64,000 nucleotides of DNA from Callorhinchus milii (taxonomy: Eukaryota), in assembly GCF_018977255.1 (NCBI RefSeq), contig NW_024704742.1, positions 35,590,001 to 35,654,000 of the forward strand. The letters run 5' to 3'. Below, piece after piece: positions 50,831 to 63,451 of the stretch. The position numbers were made by a program, and so were the translations under genes. Numbering within the stretch: position 1 is the stretch's first letter; every line of letters starts with the position of its first letter. The notes beneath the pieces are model-generated. The model was not told the DNA's origin, made no database searches, and worked only from the letters and a program-made list of their open reading frames with translations.

Positions 50831-51854
50831 TATTTCCTGCAAAGCCAATAAAGAAGTTAATAATCGACCATGCCTCTTGTCATTCAGAAGTGATTCTATT
50901 CAGATTACTGTAGAAAGTTTGTAGCACAGAAAAAAGTCAGTGAGCTCATAATAATAGTAACAATGACGGTGTTGGTGCTAGGGCTCTCCTTGTTCACCTC
51001 CATTATATGAAATAATCTCTCCAGTGACCCTATGAAAATCATTGATAATTTTTGGAGTGCTTTACCCGGCTTTGCTGCGCAAGTAACGAAACCAGAAACG
51101 GTGCATTTGCAAGGCGGTGTCGCTAGACTTTGTTGCTCTGAGCTCAACAGTTGATGAATGTGGTGCGGTGTTGGAGGGAGGGGAATGATCAGTCGGTGCA
51201 TGTCCTGAAGACTCCATGCAAAATTCTCTCCTAAATATTAACCTCATGCTAACCTCGTATACGAGATGATTCGCAGAGCAAGAGAATACAGCATGTTAAA
51301 CTTTTTCCTTTCATGTACAGATGATGACAAGCACTCAAGGGGTCAAAAGGTGCTGTTCACAGCTGAAGGGTGAGCTGGTTGCATGGATCAAGGCTGCTCC
51401 TGAAATGGCAGGTTGGTGTGTGTGTGGGTGGGGGGTGGTTTTGGCTGATGCACACTGTGGCTTTTACTGAGATCCAAACACATCTTTGATCTAATCACAG
51501 ACGCACTCTCAGAAATGTTGTCTGGTCCAGCACATGACACCATCTATTCATCTACTCGTCTAATGCCAGAAGGTTGCCCCTGGTTCAGGTCGGTGCCAGT
51601 TCCTGCTGACTTGGGTGTGAGGGTAGAGCAGGGTCCCTCCCCGCACCGCTGTCTGCAGTCCGGCACAGGGGATCCAGCTGTTGTGTTGGTGTGATCTATA
51701 GGTGAGGGGCAGTCCAGCCCCACAGCCCCACAGCCCCACCTCCACATGTGCAGAAACCCGTCAGATGGATTGTGATCGGCTGTGCACCTGCTCGGTGCCT
51801 TTCCCTGAATGCCGAGGGTGGGGGGGGGGGGGGATATCCGGATAGCTGCCTGTC

Positions 51855-52415
51855 ATGTGTGTGTGTGTGTGTATGTGTGGTGTATGTGTGTGGTGTATGT
51901 GTGGTGTGTGTGGTGTATGTGTGGTGTGTGGTGTATGTGGTGTGGTGTGTGTGGTGTGTATGTGTGGTGTATGTGGTGTGTGTGGTATATGTATGTGTGT
52001 GTATGTGTGTGTGGTGTATGTTGTGTGTGTGGTGTGTGTGTGGTGTATGTGTGTGTATGTATGTGTAGTGTATGTGTGTGGTGTATGCGGTGTGTGTGGT
52101 ATATGTATATGTGTGTGGTGTATGTGTGTGGTGTATGTATGGTGTGGTGTATGTGTGGTGTGTGTGGTGTATGTGTGATGTGTGTATGGTGTATGTGGTA
52201 TATGTACGTGTATGTGTGTGTGGTGTATGTGGTGTGTGTGGTATGTGTATGTGTGTGTGGTGTATGTGGTGTGTGTGGTATATGTATGTGTATGTGTATG
52301 TGGTGTGTGTGGTATATGTATGTGTGTGTATGTGTGTGTGGTGTATGTGGTGTATGTGGTGTGTATGTATGTATATGTATGTGGTGTGTATGTATGTATA
52401 TGTATGTGTATGTGG
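51855..52415. repeat. (TG/TA)-rich degenerate tandem array (gtgtatgtggtgtgt)
   Basis: Directly visible. Confidence 0.9.
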
Positions 52416-53247
52416 TGAAGTCGCGGACTGGATTTTCCAGTGCTTCAACATCTGAGCGCTCTTGCGATAATATACGAGGGAGCAACGAAATGCTATTCTA
52501 GCAAAAGGTAACCCGAATCTAAGGCATGCCCAATTCATCCCAAAAGCTCGACAAGTTAATTCTCGCAGATTTATACCTCCTCCGGCCGCCGCCACCTGTT
52601 GCAGACCTTTTAATAAGAGAGAGAGAGAGAGAGAGAGGAGGGAGGGAGAGGGGAGAGGGGAGAGAGAGAAAAAAAAGAGAGAGAGAAGCTGCCCTGAGTC
52701 GTGCAGGAATGTGGAAGTGTTTACTCTGGTTCACGAGGATCTGCAAAAGAAAACACTCGTCTTTCTGCGGCTTCTGAGGTGGGGAGGGATGGGGGGGAGA
52801 TATTTTACTCCATGCCATTTTACGCTCTTACCCTGTGGGGTTAGCCCAGCGCCTGTTTTTTTTTTGGGGTGGTGGGGCTGGGGAGGGATGGGAGGCGGTC
52901 AGCGCTGCTGCATTGGTTCCTGTCTGTAATAGCCAACGCTACAAAAAGTCGCCCCTCTGGCAGCTCCTGCCCCCCTGCCTGGTTGGTGCAGAAGCACGAA
53001 CAGTGCGGCTAAAAAAAAAAGAGAGGGTCCCATCCCTTCACTCCCTCTCTCCCTCCTTCCCTCCCTCCCCCCCAAATCGTCACATTCCTCTAAAGCGCCT
53101 CGCCCACAAAATATACAGGCAGTAAGTACACTTTGCAGTGTATCCTGTGAGGCGCTTGGAGACATCTCAACAATGTGATATGGCCGCTATATCAAGTGCC
53201 AGAATTCTTCTTATTCTTCTTCTTATTATTATTACCATTATTTAAAG

Positions 53248-53555
53248 CGGGGGTGTCAAAACTCATCTGGCCGCAAGGAAGGGCCATTTAAGTTAACGCT
53301 GTTCACTTTAATTGGGCTGAAACGTATAAAAAAAATATTCATAATACTGTACCTGCAAATGTCTGCAGTGATTGTGTGTAGGGGAATGTCACTCATGCAA
53401 TGCAGAATGCACAGCTTTGACTACACGTCTTATATTAAAAAGCGGAAGGTTAATTTGAAGAAAAACTTCAATACAGCATATCAATTCTTTCAAAACTAAT
53501 GGGCGGGCCACCAAATATCACTCTGGGGCTACCAGCCATATGTTTGACACCCCTG
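53248..53555. mobile_element. Non-autonomous hAT-type MITE (308 bp)
   Basis: Terminal inverted repeats CGGGGGTGTCAAAA / GTTTGACACCCCTG (CAGGGGTGTCAAAC type). Degenerate 8-bp flanks atttaaag/ctctgaag (5/8 match). Confidence 0.7.
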
Positions 53556-54109
53556 CTCTGAAGACAATTGTTAGGAAAATGAATTGCTGTTGTTACATGT
53601 TGATGACAATGGAGATGTAGATTTGCATAGCATAACATGGTTAGCACCATTCCCAAATCCAAAAGCAGGGGCAAGGTAGCAACAGGGATCAGATACCAAC
53701 ACCATATTTGTTTTGAGTTAAGGATTTAGAAAAGAGTGGAAGGAAAAAAGGAGATTCATCACATCAAACAACAGCAACAATTTTATTATTTGTATAGCAT
53801 TTATATAGTGCCCTTCAGGTGGGGCAACACCTTGGAATGCTTAACAGTGGAGGAGTCCAAACCAACTCTCTTCGCAGACCACCAACCCACCTTTATCACA
53901 GATAATTTATAGCACAGAAATAGACCATTTGACCCATCCTCATGTGTCTGTTGGTTCTAGCTCCTCTACTGGAGTTATCTGCTCTAATCCCAAAGTTTAA
54001 AACAAATATCTCCAGTGGGGAAACTGACAACAGAAGAGACAAGCTACCTTCCTGTGATTCTTTCATGCCATTCTCCTGCTCCTTCCTTATTCCTTTTATT
54101 ATTACAGAT

Positions 54110-54328
54110 TATAATAATCCTTGCATTTGATATAGTCATCTCAAAGCGATTCACAGAATATACTGTAAAGTGAATTGACTGTGTATTTGTGGGCGAAATG
54201 TGGCAGATAATTGCGCAGTGTCCCACAAACAGTCGTGGATTGAAGAGACCAATTTATAATTTCTTTTCTTGAGGGATTATTATCAGGCGTGTGGAGTAAG
54301 GAAATGTGCCCAAGGTTTCACCCTTGGA
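54110..54328 (-). mobile_element. DeuSINE-type SINE, truncated
   Basis: Reverse complement of the SINE body. Confidence 0.85.
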
Positions 54329-54744
54329 TCCCATTTAATGCATGTTGGGAGGACGTCCCAAGGCACTGAGCTGCTGATCATCACTTTCAGGTTATCAGCT
54401 CACTACTGACACCATTTCCTTTGCATTGAAACACTTGCTACACCTCCCTCTCTTGTGCAGTGTCCACCCGGCTACTTGAAGAGCTCTGACATGTTAACCT
54501 GTTGTTATTGAAGTCTTCTGCACCGGTGCACTACACACAGGAAGCAGGCCAGTCAACACCAGAAACCAGAAATGCACTGCATTAGAGCATTGCCCATTGT
54601 ACAAGCACACTCTAAATAAACCAGAGCTATACTCCAGCAAGTTATAACAGGGTCTGACTAGTTATCTTTATGATTATCATTTCTCAGGCTTTCTTGATTA
54701 AAATTCTATGAAAATGTTAAGAATCATTATTATTATGTCTAATG

Positions 54745-54830
54745 TGTCAACCTGGGTCAGTTGGTAGCACTCTCACCTCTGAGTCAGAAGTTTGTGGGTT
54801 CAAGCCCCATGCCGGGACTTGAACACACAT
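54745..54830 (+). mobile_element. SacSINE1-like SINE head fragment
   Basis: gtcagttggtagcactctcacctctgagtcagaagtttgtgggttcaag. Confidence 0.7.
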
Positions 54831-55409
54831 AGTCTTGTGCAGAATTACAGGTAGCTGTGATATATAGAACAAATACTAGTTTCACCCACACCAGCATTTT
54901 CATTAATAATATCAGACAAGTTTTCTTTGCTGAGACACCACACTCTTTGGAGTGTCATATCAGGTCTACGTGCTAACATTCATTCCAAAGCAACTACAAA
55001 GAAGTGAATACCATGGAGGTTTTTGCTTGTTAAGACCAACCTCCTCTCCCTGACATTAACTAGCACACACACAAGGAAGTGTAATGCAGTATTTGTCAAA
55101 GTACTATGTAACCTTTGTTGCAAAAGAAAAACATTTTTAGTAATATACTGTATTGTACCTGCAGGGTACCTGCACTTTTACTTTCAGCAAATCATTTTCT
55201 CTGCTTTAGTGGTAAATGATTTAAGGAGGAACAATTGAGTGTTGTCCAGAATGACATAGTATATTTTAATATGGCAGTACTTTTGCCAATATCTTATTAT
55301 ATTACAGGAATTTCACCTAGTTTTGCTGGTCTTAAAACAAAGACAAGATCTCACCGATCTTCGTAAAGCACAATAGTAGTTAGTGTATAATAATAGTAAC
55401 TATTATTAC

Positions 55410-56275
55410 CTTCCCTCCACCTCCATAACATCGTCCGACTCCGCCACTACCTCACCCCTCAGGCCGCTGAAACTCTTGTTCATGCCTTCACCACATCCAG
55501 GCTCGACCATACAAACTCCCTGCTTAATAATAATAATAATCCTTGCATTTGATATTGCGCTTTTCACGTCGGGAGGACGTCCCAAAGCCCTTCACAGAAC
55601 ACACTGTAAAGTGAATTGACTGTATATTTGTGGGCGAATACGGCAGCCAATTGCACACAGCAATGTCCCACAAACAATCGTAGATTGAAAATGACCAATT
55701 TATTATTGTTTTGGGTTTTGGAGGGCTTGTCGGCCTTCCCAACTCCTCCCTCCACAGGCTGCAGATAATCCAGAACTCTGCAGCCCGTGTCCTCTCCCGC
55801 ACCAAACACCGTGACCCCATCTCCCCCATTCTCGCCTGACTCCATTGGCTCCCTATCCTTCAGAGGATCCAGTTCCAGATCCTGGTCCTCACATACAAAG
55901 CTCTTCATGACCTCGCCCCATCCTACCTCTGCGACCTCTTAACCCCCTACCAACCCGCCCGCTCCCTTCGCTCAGCCGGCTCCGGCCTGCTCCACGTCCC
56001 CCACCCCACCCGCCCCAACTTTGGCGGGAGAGCCTTCAGCCACTCTGCCCTCAACCTCTGGAACTCCATCCCCCAGTCACTCCGCCTCGCCCCCTCCTTA
56101 TCCTCCTTTAAGTCCCACCTCAAAACCCTCCTCTTCGACCATGCCATCGGCCACCCCCTTCCCCTCCCCTCCCCCCTGACCGCAGCTCGGGTCTGAAATG
56201 CTGTACATTGTCCAACGCATTAGGACATCCTCCCAACGTGAAAGGCACTATACAAATGTAATCTTGTGGTTGTTG
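55410..56275 (+). mobile_element. Relatively well-preserved L2 LINE 3' part with a nested SINE
   Basis: HRLQIIQNSAARVL...LHWLPI...RAFSHSA.NLWNSIP; tail gtgaaaggcactatacaaatgtaatcttg. Confidence 0.9.
55526..55725 (-). mobile_element. 5'-truncated SINE nested in L2
   Basis: Reverse match to the 37010 copy. Short TSD (g)ctt; the L2 rejoins as ccctgcttgtcggcc. Confidence 0.9.
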
Positions 56276-57429
56276 TATTCAGTACTGCACTTTCTTGGGG
56301 TTTGAACATCTCTGTATTGGCTTCCATTCTGGTTCAAAGTTCTTGCTGCATTAAACTAAATGGAGTTCCTGCAGATGCACTCATTGCTCCCAATAATATA
56401 TGCTACCAGTTGCAATCTGAGGAAAGCTGAGTCCTAAGGATGCAAGAAATACAAAGACTATTTGCTGTATGTAAAATATAATATGTATGATTTATATAAT
56501 TCATGTAATATAATAAGGTGTGAGGATATTGTAGAGGAGATACCAGTTAGGTAGTAAGTGCGCTGTGCAGTATCTGCAAGATGGGTGCCAACTGGCAAAC
56601 TGTGTTCCCCAATTAATCTGTCATCATTGCCAGCAACTGTGTTCTCAAACTAATCTACTGTCATCGCCAGGAAATTTTGTTCCCAAAAGAATCTGTCATT
56701 ATTGGAAGCAGATGGTACTCCATGGCTAATCTGCTCTACCAACAGTCTGATCACTTGCCTATTCTGCTGGTGAGGGCAGTCTGGGAAAACGTATCCAACG
56801 AGATACAGATTACAATGGAGGGGAGAGAAATAGTTATGCAGAGAGAGAAAAAGAGAGAATGAGAGAGAAAAAACAGAAGAAAGAAAAAATTATAGACACA
56901 GAGTGAGAGAAAAATGAAAACAAGAGAATTGAAAGGATCTGTTCTGCATCAGTTACTAATAGTGGCATCGCAAGCAAGTAGCAGTGAGACTGCTATTCTA
57001 ATAGAGGCCCATAATATGGTGGTATTTCTATGCCTTTTCAATGCATTGCTTAAAAAGGAGCTTTGTTTGTATTACAACTGCTAAAGATGTTGACTACAAC
57101 ATGGTTGGTCTTGCATAGTGTGTTGAAGCTCCACTTGCAATGACGTAGATTTGATCCCATTACTCCCTATAATGTGAGCTCTATTATCTCTGTCAACGTA
57201 ACTGTTGGGAACTGTTGAACTCAGACTAGGTGACCGTGATTGAGAATTGTGGTGAGCATGTGAAGTTCATTGTGAGGTGGTTGTGCTCGTGGCATGCAGT
57301 TGGTCATCATGATGATCCCTCCATTCCTTTCCTTTCCTCCCCTCTCCCTTTGAAGAGTTATGTAAGTTTAATTTTCAGGTTCCAATATAGGTCTTTAAGG
57401 ATTGGAACTAAACTGATAAGTTAATTGAT

Positions 57430-57528
57430 GAAGGGCAGGAGGAAGCTCATGTGGAGCATAAATGCAAGCATAGACCAGTTGGGCCGAATGGCCTGTTTCT
57501 GTGCTGTACATTCTATGTAATTCTATGT
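57430..57528 (+). mobile_element. CR1 LINE 3' tail (similar tail at 41418-41468)
   Basis: gggccgaatggcctgtttctgtgctgtacattctatgtaattctatg; ATTCTATG octamer repeat typical of CR1 ends. Confidence 0.8.
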
Positions 57529-58889
57529 TCAATAATTGGTTCTGGGTATTGTACAAATCTTCACTTTGTGCAAGTGAATATTTCTTTCTGTGACTTTCAG
57601 ATTTGTGTCAAAGACTGTAGAAAGGTCTAATTGCAACTCTTAGAGACCCAGCCAGACTGTGGGATTGTCAGCAGAATATCACATGAAATACTTGATTGAC
57701 AGTGTTTTTTGAGATTTCTCTATAGATTTCAAGGATAGAAATTTCTGAAATGGATTCAAGTCCTGACAAATTAGACCATGGTTACGTAATTCATAACTTT
57801 CATCCTGACTTTCATTGATTGCCTAGAAGTCTCACCAAAATTGTCCTCTACCAAAATTATTAAATGGATTAAGTACTGAATGTGCATTGCATTGCAAACT
57901 AGACTTGTATAATTGTATATCTTCTGTATATACCAGTGTGCTATATATGATTGTCAAATCGCCAATTTTAGTTTAAAACATAATTCTTGCAATTTATATT
58001 CTCAAAACAGAAGTTGCTTTAAAATCTAGTCAAAATCCAATCAAATCCCCAAATGTAAATATAAATGTGGCATTATGCAAATATTAATAATCCATGAATT
58101 TTACATAGCGCATTTCACATCAGGAGCAAAATGTGTGTAAAGATCATGTATTTTTATACACGCAATCCTTTTGTTGGTTTATTGTGAGTGAATCCTAATT
58201 GTATACAAATTGTAAATGTATTTGCATTGTTACTTACTAAATTAACCAAACTAACTAACTTCATTTTCATCTTGTGCAGACGACTGAATTTGTACATCTT
58301 CTGTGCTGTACTGACTTCCTCACTGGACACATAACAGTAGATTTTAGCATTTGATTAGCACTTGCTCGTAATCCACCATAGCGGAAACCAGTGTCTACTA
58401 TATTGAATGTACTATTCAGGACATTTGAAATTTTAGAAATTTGATAATTATACATTTGTTGTTACAAAATCTGTTAAGAAATATCACAAATTAGGTTTTT
58501 ACAACAGTAAAGCACTTGGTCATTGTTAGTTTTCCTTCATATATCCCTCCAGATAAAATTGGTCAGAATTTCGTAACTATCGTGGGGACATTGTATGCAA
58601 ATTGGCTGCCGTGTTCAACTACTGCACTTCACAGTAATATCTCGTGAAGCACTTTGAAATGTCTCGACGATGTGGATACTTCATTGTAAGTTAAAGCGCC
58701 CTCATAGCTGGCTTACTAATTGTTGTTTTATATATCTTTATCCTGGCAACTTTATTTTTGATTGGACAATAATTGCAAAAATTAATTGGTAAAATTCCCA
58801 ACATTTTTAGAATTCCATGACAACTTTTGATCATAAGATCTGTAGTGATTAGGCTGCTCAGTGTTATTAATCCTGTGAAATGGAGCTCC

Positions 58890-59190
58890 CAAAGATCATG
58901 AGACTATGCTTTCCTGGGACACAAGCTCCAGCTGCTGGAATACTTCAGCCAATATCCAAGCATGAAACAAACACAAGTCTCCTGAAGGAATTTTGAGACG
59001 AGTCTTCTGCTTCTACAGTTTTTAAGAGGGAAGAGATCACAGAAGAATGCTGGTAAGGCAGAAAATAACTATCAATGGAAAAAGAAGGGAAATGCTGATA
59101 ACTCTCTTATCATTTTGTTTGTATCAATTTGCTATAAAGGGTGCCTATGAGTAGATCAGATCTAGACCAGAAGGCAAAAACAATGCAACT
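58890..59190 (+). mobile_element. Highly degenerate pogo/Tigger-like transposase N-terminal (CENP-B-type HTH) relic
   Basis: Piecewise translation GHKLQLLEYFSQYPSMKQTQV...(G)VPMSRSDLDQKAK, with stops and frameshifts. Confidence 0.4.
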
Positions 59191-59504
59191 TGCGATCAAT
59201 GATAGCTTGCCCCTACTGTTAACCTGGGAGAATGGCGGCTGTGAAGATAATGACGGTGAATGTGGAAGGAATTAGAATGGAACGTGACAAGGGCTAAAGG
59301 TGAAAGAATGACCCAAGAAAAAAGAGGAGGGGCATCGATCCCGATCATCAAGTTGGAGGAAGATAAGGCATTCCAAAATTATTCCATAAATCTAGAATCA
59401 TCAATTTCAAGACAGTCAGTTGAATAGAGTGTGCGACTTTGCAAAATTTCTTTCCAGGCCTTGTCTTATCCGCACCACTATTTTTGCCCTCTTAGTCTAT
59501 GAGG

Positions 59505-59750
59505 CTAAGAGGGCATCTTGAACTTCAGTGTGATATTCTCTAGCTCATATCCAGATTCTTCTGACTGGTCTATTGCTTTCTCCCCATTCTTTGTTCCACC
59601 ATTGGTGGCTGAGCTTTCAACACATAGTTGAAAAACATGATCTATTAGCAAGAAGTCAAACTCACCACTCAGCTTTATGGACTTCATTGAGAATGGTATC
59701 CCAATCAGACGCGCATCCCGCACTGTGAATGTGCTCTTCGCAATGTCCAC
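59505..59750 (-). CDS. Terminal coding exon of an unidentified gene (or intact exon of a pseudogene); C-terminal part of an FHA-like domain
   Basis: Acceptor tttattttgcatctttcacatcag|GTG, phase 0. 81 open codons VDIAKSTFTVRDARLIGIPF...KMPS then TAG. Phase matches the donor at 62896. Confidence 0.65.
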   Translation of the reverse strand: MDIAKSTFTVRDARLIGIPFSMKSIKLSGEFDFLLIDHVFQLCVESSATNGGTKNGEKAIDQSEESGYELENITLKFKMPS

Positions 59751-60989
59751 CTGATGTGAAAGATGCAAAATAAATGTACATTGTATTGTATGGGGAAGTC
59801 CACCAGCTTTTATCTGAGCAATTTCTATTCAACACTTCTAAAATTAAATCATATGTTTAACCCTGTCAAATTGAGTTAAATAATCTATACCTTACCTCTG
59901 TTGCATGCACTTCTATTTGACATACCAACAACAATAACAACTTCCACTTATATAGCGCCCACCACACAAGGTAGTGTCTCAGAGCGCTTAAGACAACAGT
60001 CAATTGAGGCAACATAGAGACAGCAGTAAATTGAAGTAAAGAATGCTGCTTTGCATATAAGACAGCAGGGCCTTTGGTAGAATAATGATCTTCTGCTCAA
60101 TGTTTCTATATGTATATATTTAATCTTTCATCTTGGGAGAAAGATCGGCATTATAGTGCAGGTTCCTCTTTTGGTTCTTGTATGAAGTTTGTCACTTCAG
60201 CATGGAGGATTCCCTGAAAAGGTTTTCCCCAGCCTTCCATTCATCCAATTCCTCCTCCATAATGGCTGCCACAATAAGAGCAACGCACTGTATTTCTGTT
60301 CTCTTCCTGGGTCTATCAATTTATGCAGTTTGTTTAGTCTTAATCTAAGTCTGACTTGGTGCACACAACATTTCTATTTAGAAATGCAACACAGTTTTGG
60401 ATCTGAGCTCCCAATTATGGTGTCAGCTGCTGTTTTTGAGGCAAGAGTTCAAAAATACTTTAGGAGGGGAGATAGTTAATGATCCCAGAGCACTTTATGT
60501 TTATCTGGAATATTGAATGTAAACAATGATTTCTTCTTGTTACTAGTTTTGAAAAGAATATGTGTGTTCTTTGTTTTTTGGTTTACAAAAAGATTATATA
60601 AGAAACAACCCAATCCATTGCCATAAATTTAAAATCCATATTGAAAAATAGGAACTAGCATTTGCCGCACAAACAGTTACAATTCATGCATATCTGTCAG
60701 CCAGTATTACATTTTCAATATCTGGTCAATGGTCCCCAAGGTCAATTAAATTTAAGCCTCTGAAATTTCGAATGTCAAATATGAATGGTTGATTGTCATA
60801 AGATAAGTAGTGAAAACGACCTTCATATATCTAAATGTAATTGAACAAAATCTTTGGAACTGCATGAACCACACAGAAGTATTTTAGGACATTCTCCTGA
60901 CGTGAAAGACGCTTTACAAATGTAATTTAAATGTTTATGCTAACACGTTGTATTCACAGGCAACCTGTAGTAGTGTGAAATTAATACCA

Positions 60990-61203
60990 CTTTCAGCCAC
61001 TAAACTTTGGAATTCTCTCCCCCAGTTCCTCAGCCTTGTCCCCTCCTTCCCCTCTTTTAGATCACGACTGAAGACCGTGCCTTCGATCGTGCTTTTGGTC
61101 AGCTGTTCCCTCACCCGGCTAGACATCAGGCTCCGCCACTGTTAAGCACTCCGAGACACTACCTCCTGTGAACGGCGCTACATAAATGCAAGTTGTTGTT
61201 GTT
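60990..61203 (+). mobile_element. L2 LINE 3' end
   Basis: KLWNSLPQFL...SFRSRLKT; (GTT)n tail. Confidence 0.85.
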
Positions 61204-62896
61204 GGTGAAATAAATGCATCACACATCACCATTACTTGGCTGAAGAATCTTTTTAATTCATTTCCATTTCAAACCAGGATCCAACTACCCACATCTTATT
61301 TAATGTTGTTCCATCAATAAACACTTCCTCTTTTATGCTAAGTGAACAGCAATTAAAGTCTCAATGTAAGTACTTTCTTGTTAATTTGGCAACCTTCAGG
61401 ATATTTTCAAGAAGCTGAGGCATATTTCTTCAGCCTGACCATTAAGTAGTTTGGAGCGGACAATACATTAAACATAATTGATTCAAGTAGTCAGGGAGTC
61501 ACCCATAATTGAGATAATATTCAGTAGAGATCAGTTTTTCTGGAAGCAGATTTAATGCTACAATCTACATAAAATTGTAAGTTAATGCTCCAATCTACAC
61601 CTAAATAATAACTATTTTTTTCGCAAAATGTTTTCTACAGTACACTTTGCAAAGAAAAGGAAGACAAGTAAAACATAAAAACACAAGAAATTGAAGAGCT
61701 AGAAAAGGTTGTTCAGCCCATCAAGTCCTCTCCTTTCACAGATCATGTGCAGTCTGCATGATTGTGGATTCTACCCAACCTAACTTCTTGGGAAAAGTTC
61801 TGCACAAATACTCCAGAATACCTATCCTGAAAGATCCTTCACCATTTATAGTATCTGATTATCTCTGACATCAGGTGCCATCTTAGTTATAGGGCCCAAG
61901 TCGAAGCCAGTGGATTCAAGTCCCACATCAGGACTTTGAATTCTCAAGTCTAGGCTACACTCCAATGCATGCTGGAGTGTGTTGTACTGTCGACCTTTGG
62001 ATGAGATGTGAAATGTGAAAGGCGCTATTTCAAAAGCACAGATTATCATATTCTTATCAAAACCCAAAAGCTGATGGAATTATCACATATTCACTGAATC
62101 TGCATCCCATCTCTATTTCAACGTTTGCGTTTCTGTTTATTTCTTAACTGTGGTGTTGTGAACGTCACTTGCAAATAGTTAGATCCTAATTATCACCAGT
62201 TTTCTTGATTGTTTTTATTTCCAATCAGACTCTTCTGATAAACTATATGTCTACTATTTTCCTCTCTGATATTTTATGGAGTTTTGTTGCCTTTTCTCCT
62301 TATTCAATGTGATCAGTTACAATTAGTGCTGATATCTGGCTCCCTACTGTATTAGTATTGTACTCTGCGTGTAATAATAGGGATGCATTGGAACTAATTT
62401 GCAAATCTGCATATGTGTTTCAGTATTCAGAGACAGTCAAATTGATTTTTAAAAATGCAGATTAATCTTGTGAATTGTGATTTTAGTAGAAAGGGATTAA
62501 TTTAAATGCAAACAATATTAGAAATTTGGTATTTATGAATATTTATCAACAATAAGTGACTAAGATCCCAAGTAACAAACATGTTTTGTTCAGGAAATAA
62601 AAAATTCATTGGTTAAGAATAATCCTGAACTGTCAATTCAGCACTTTATTGAGTGCCATGGCATTGACAAAAAAGATGCATGTCACTTGCCTGGATAATA
62701 GTATTGTATGCAATGATAAGTATACTCCTGGTGTAATTCCATTGTAAACTCTGCTTTTCCTTTCCAGTAGCAGCAATTCACATTTGCTGGTAACAGCAAC
62801 AGACACAAACCCAGCATTAATCTTGTCTTGTCTTTGGGACATAATTTGATTGAGGAGTCTAGGCTGCTAGCAATTTTCTTAGCTCATAACACTTAC

Positions 62897-63134
62897 ACTG
62901 CACACAAAAATGGCCTCCAGGCTTTTAGTCAATTCTGGGGGAAACAAAATCCTAGATGATGGATGGCCCATTCCCATCTTACACAGTTCATGGGTAACCT
63001 TATACAGTTTGTGGGTAATGCGTCCTGACAAAACATGTTCAAATCTACTACAGCAGCTAGACTTGAAGCGATCAGTATGAGGATGAATAGATCTCACAGG
63101 CGACTGTAATTGAGCAACTACTTGAAGGTATGGC
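62897..63134 (-). CDS. Penultimate coding segment of the same unidentified gene
   Basis: 79 open codons PYLQVVAQLQSPVRS...LEAIFVCS. Donor AGT|gtaagt, phase 0. Possible acceptor (t)9aag| at 63135. Confidence 0.65.
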
Positions 63135-63136
63135 CT

Positions 63137-63330
63137 TAAAAAAAAAGCAATAATAAACTGGTCATTTTCAATCCACAACTGTTTGTGGGACACTGCTGTG
63201 CGCAATTGGCTGCTGCGTTTCGCCCATAAATATACAGTCAATTCAATTTACAGCATATTCTGTGAAGCGCTTTGAGATGTCCAGAAGACGTGAAAAGCGC
63301 TATATTAAATGCAAGGATTATTATTATAAT
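63137..63330 (+). mobile_element. 5'-truncated DeuSINE-type SINE inserted antisense within the minus-strand gene
   Basis: Matches the 3' ~195 bp of the SINE family, with (TTA)n tail. Confidence 0.9.
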
Positions 63331-63331
63331 T

Positions 63332-63451
63332 AGAGACTGCAGCAAATGCCATTATATTCTGTCTGATGTTCTGCACTGAATCGTACCTGCAGTCCCATTT
63401 GTTTCCTCTAACACCTTTGAAATCAAGCTATTTAAAGGCGTGTTGACACTG
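63332..63451 (-). pseudogene. Upstream part of the SINE-interrupted exon, with one in-frame TAG
   Basis: Acceptor tttaaatttatag|CAG; QCQHAFK*LDFKGVRGNKWDCRYDSVQNIRQNIMAFAAVS. Same genomic frame as 63134-62897. Confidence 0.45.

Noticed and set aside
51696..52595. ORFs of 200-300 aa rich in H/T/Y or C/V
   Set aside because: Artefacts of the TG/TA array.
59660..59670. Internal GTG|GTGAGT donor in the terminal exon
   Set aside because: No downstream exon identified, and the frame and FHA-like pattern continue through it; not formally excluded.
60060..60380. Minus-strand peptide IQCVALIVAAIMEEELDEW..., a possible extra exon or Harbinger-like relic
   Set aside because: Stops in every frame, no usable donor, similarity too weak.
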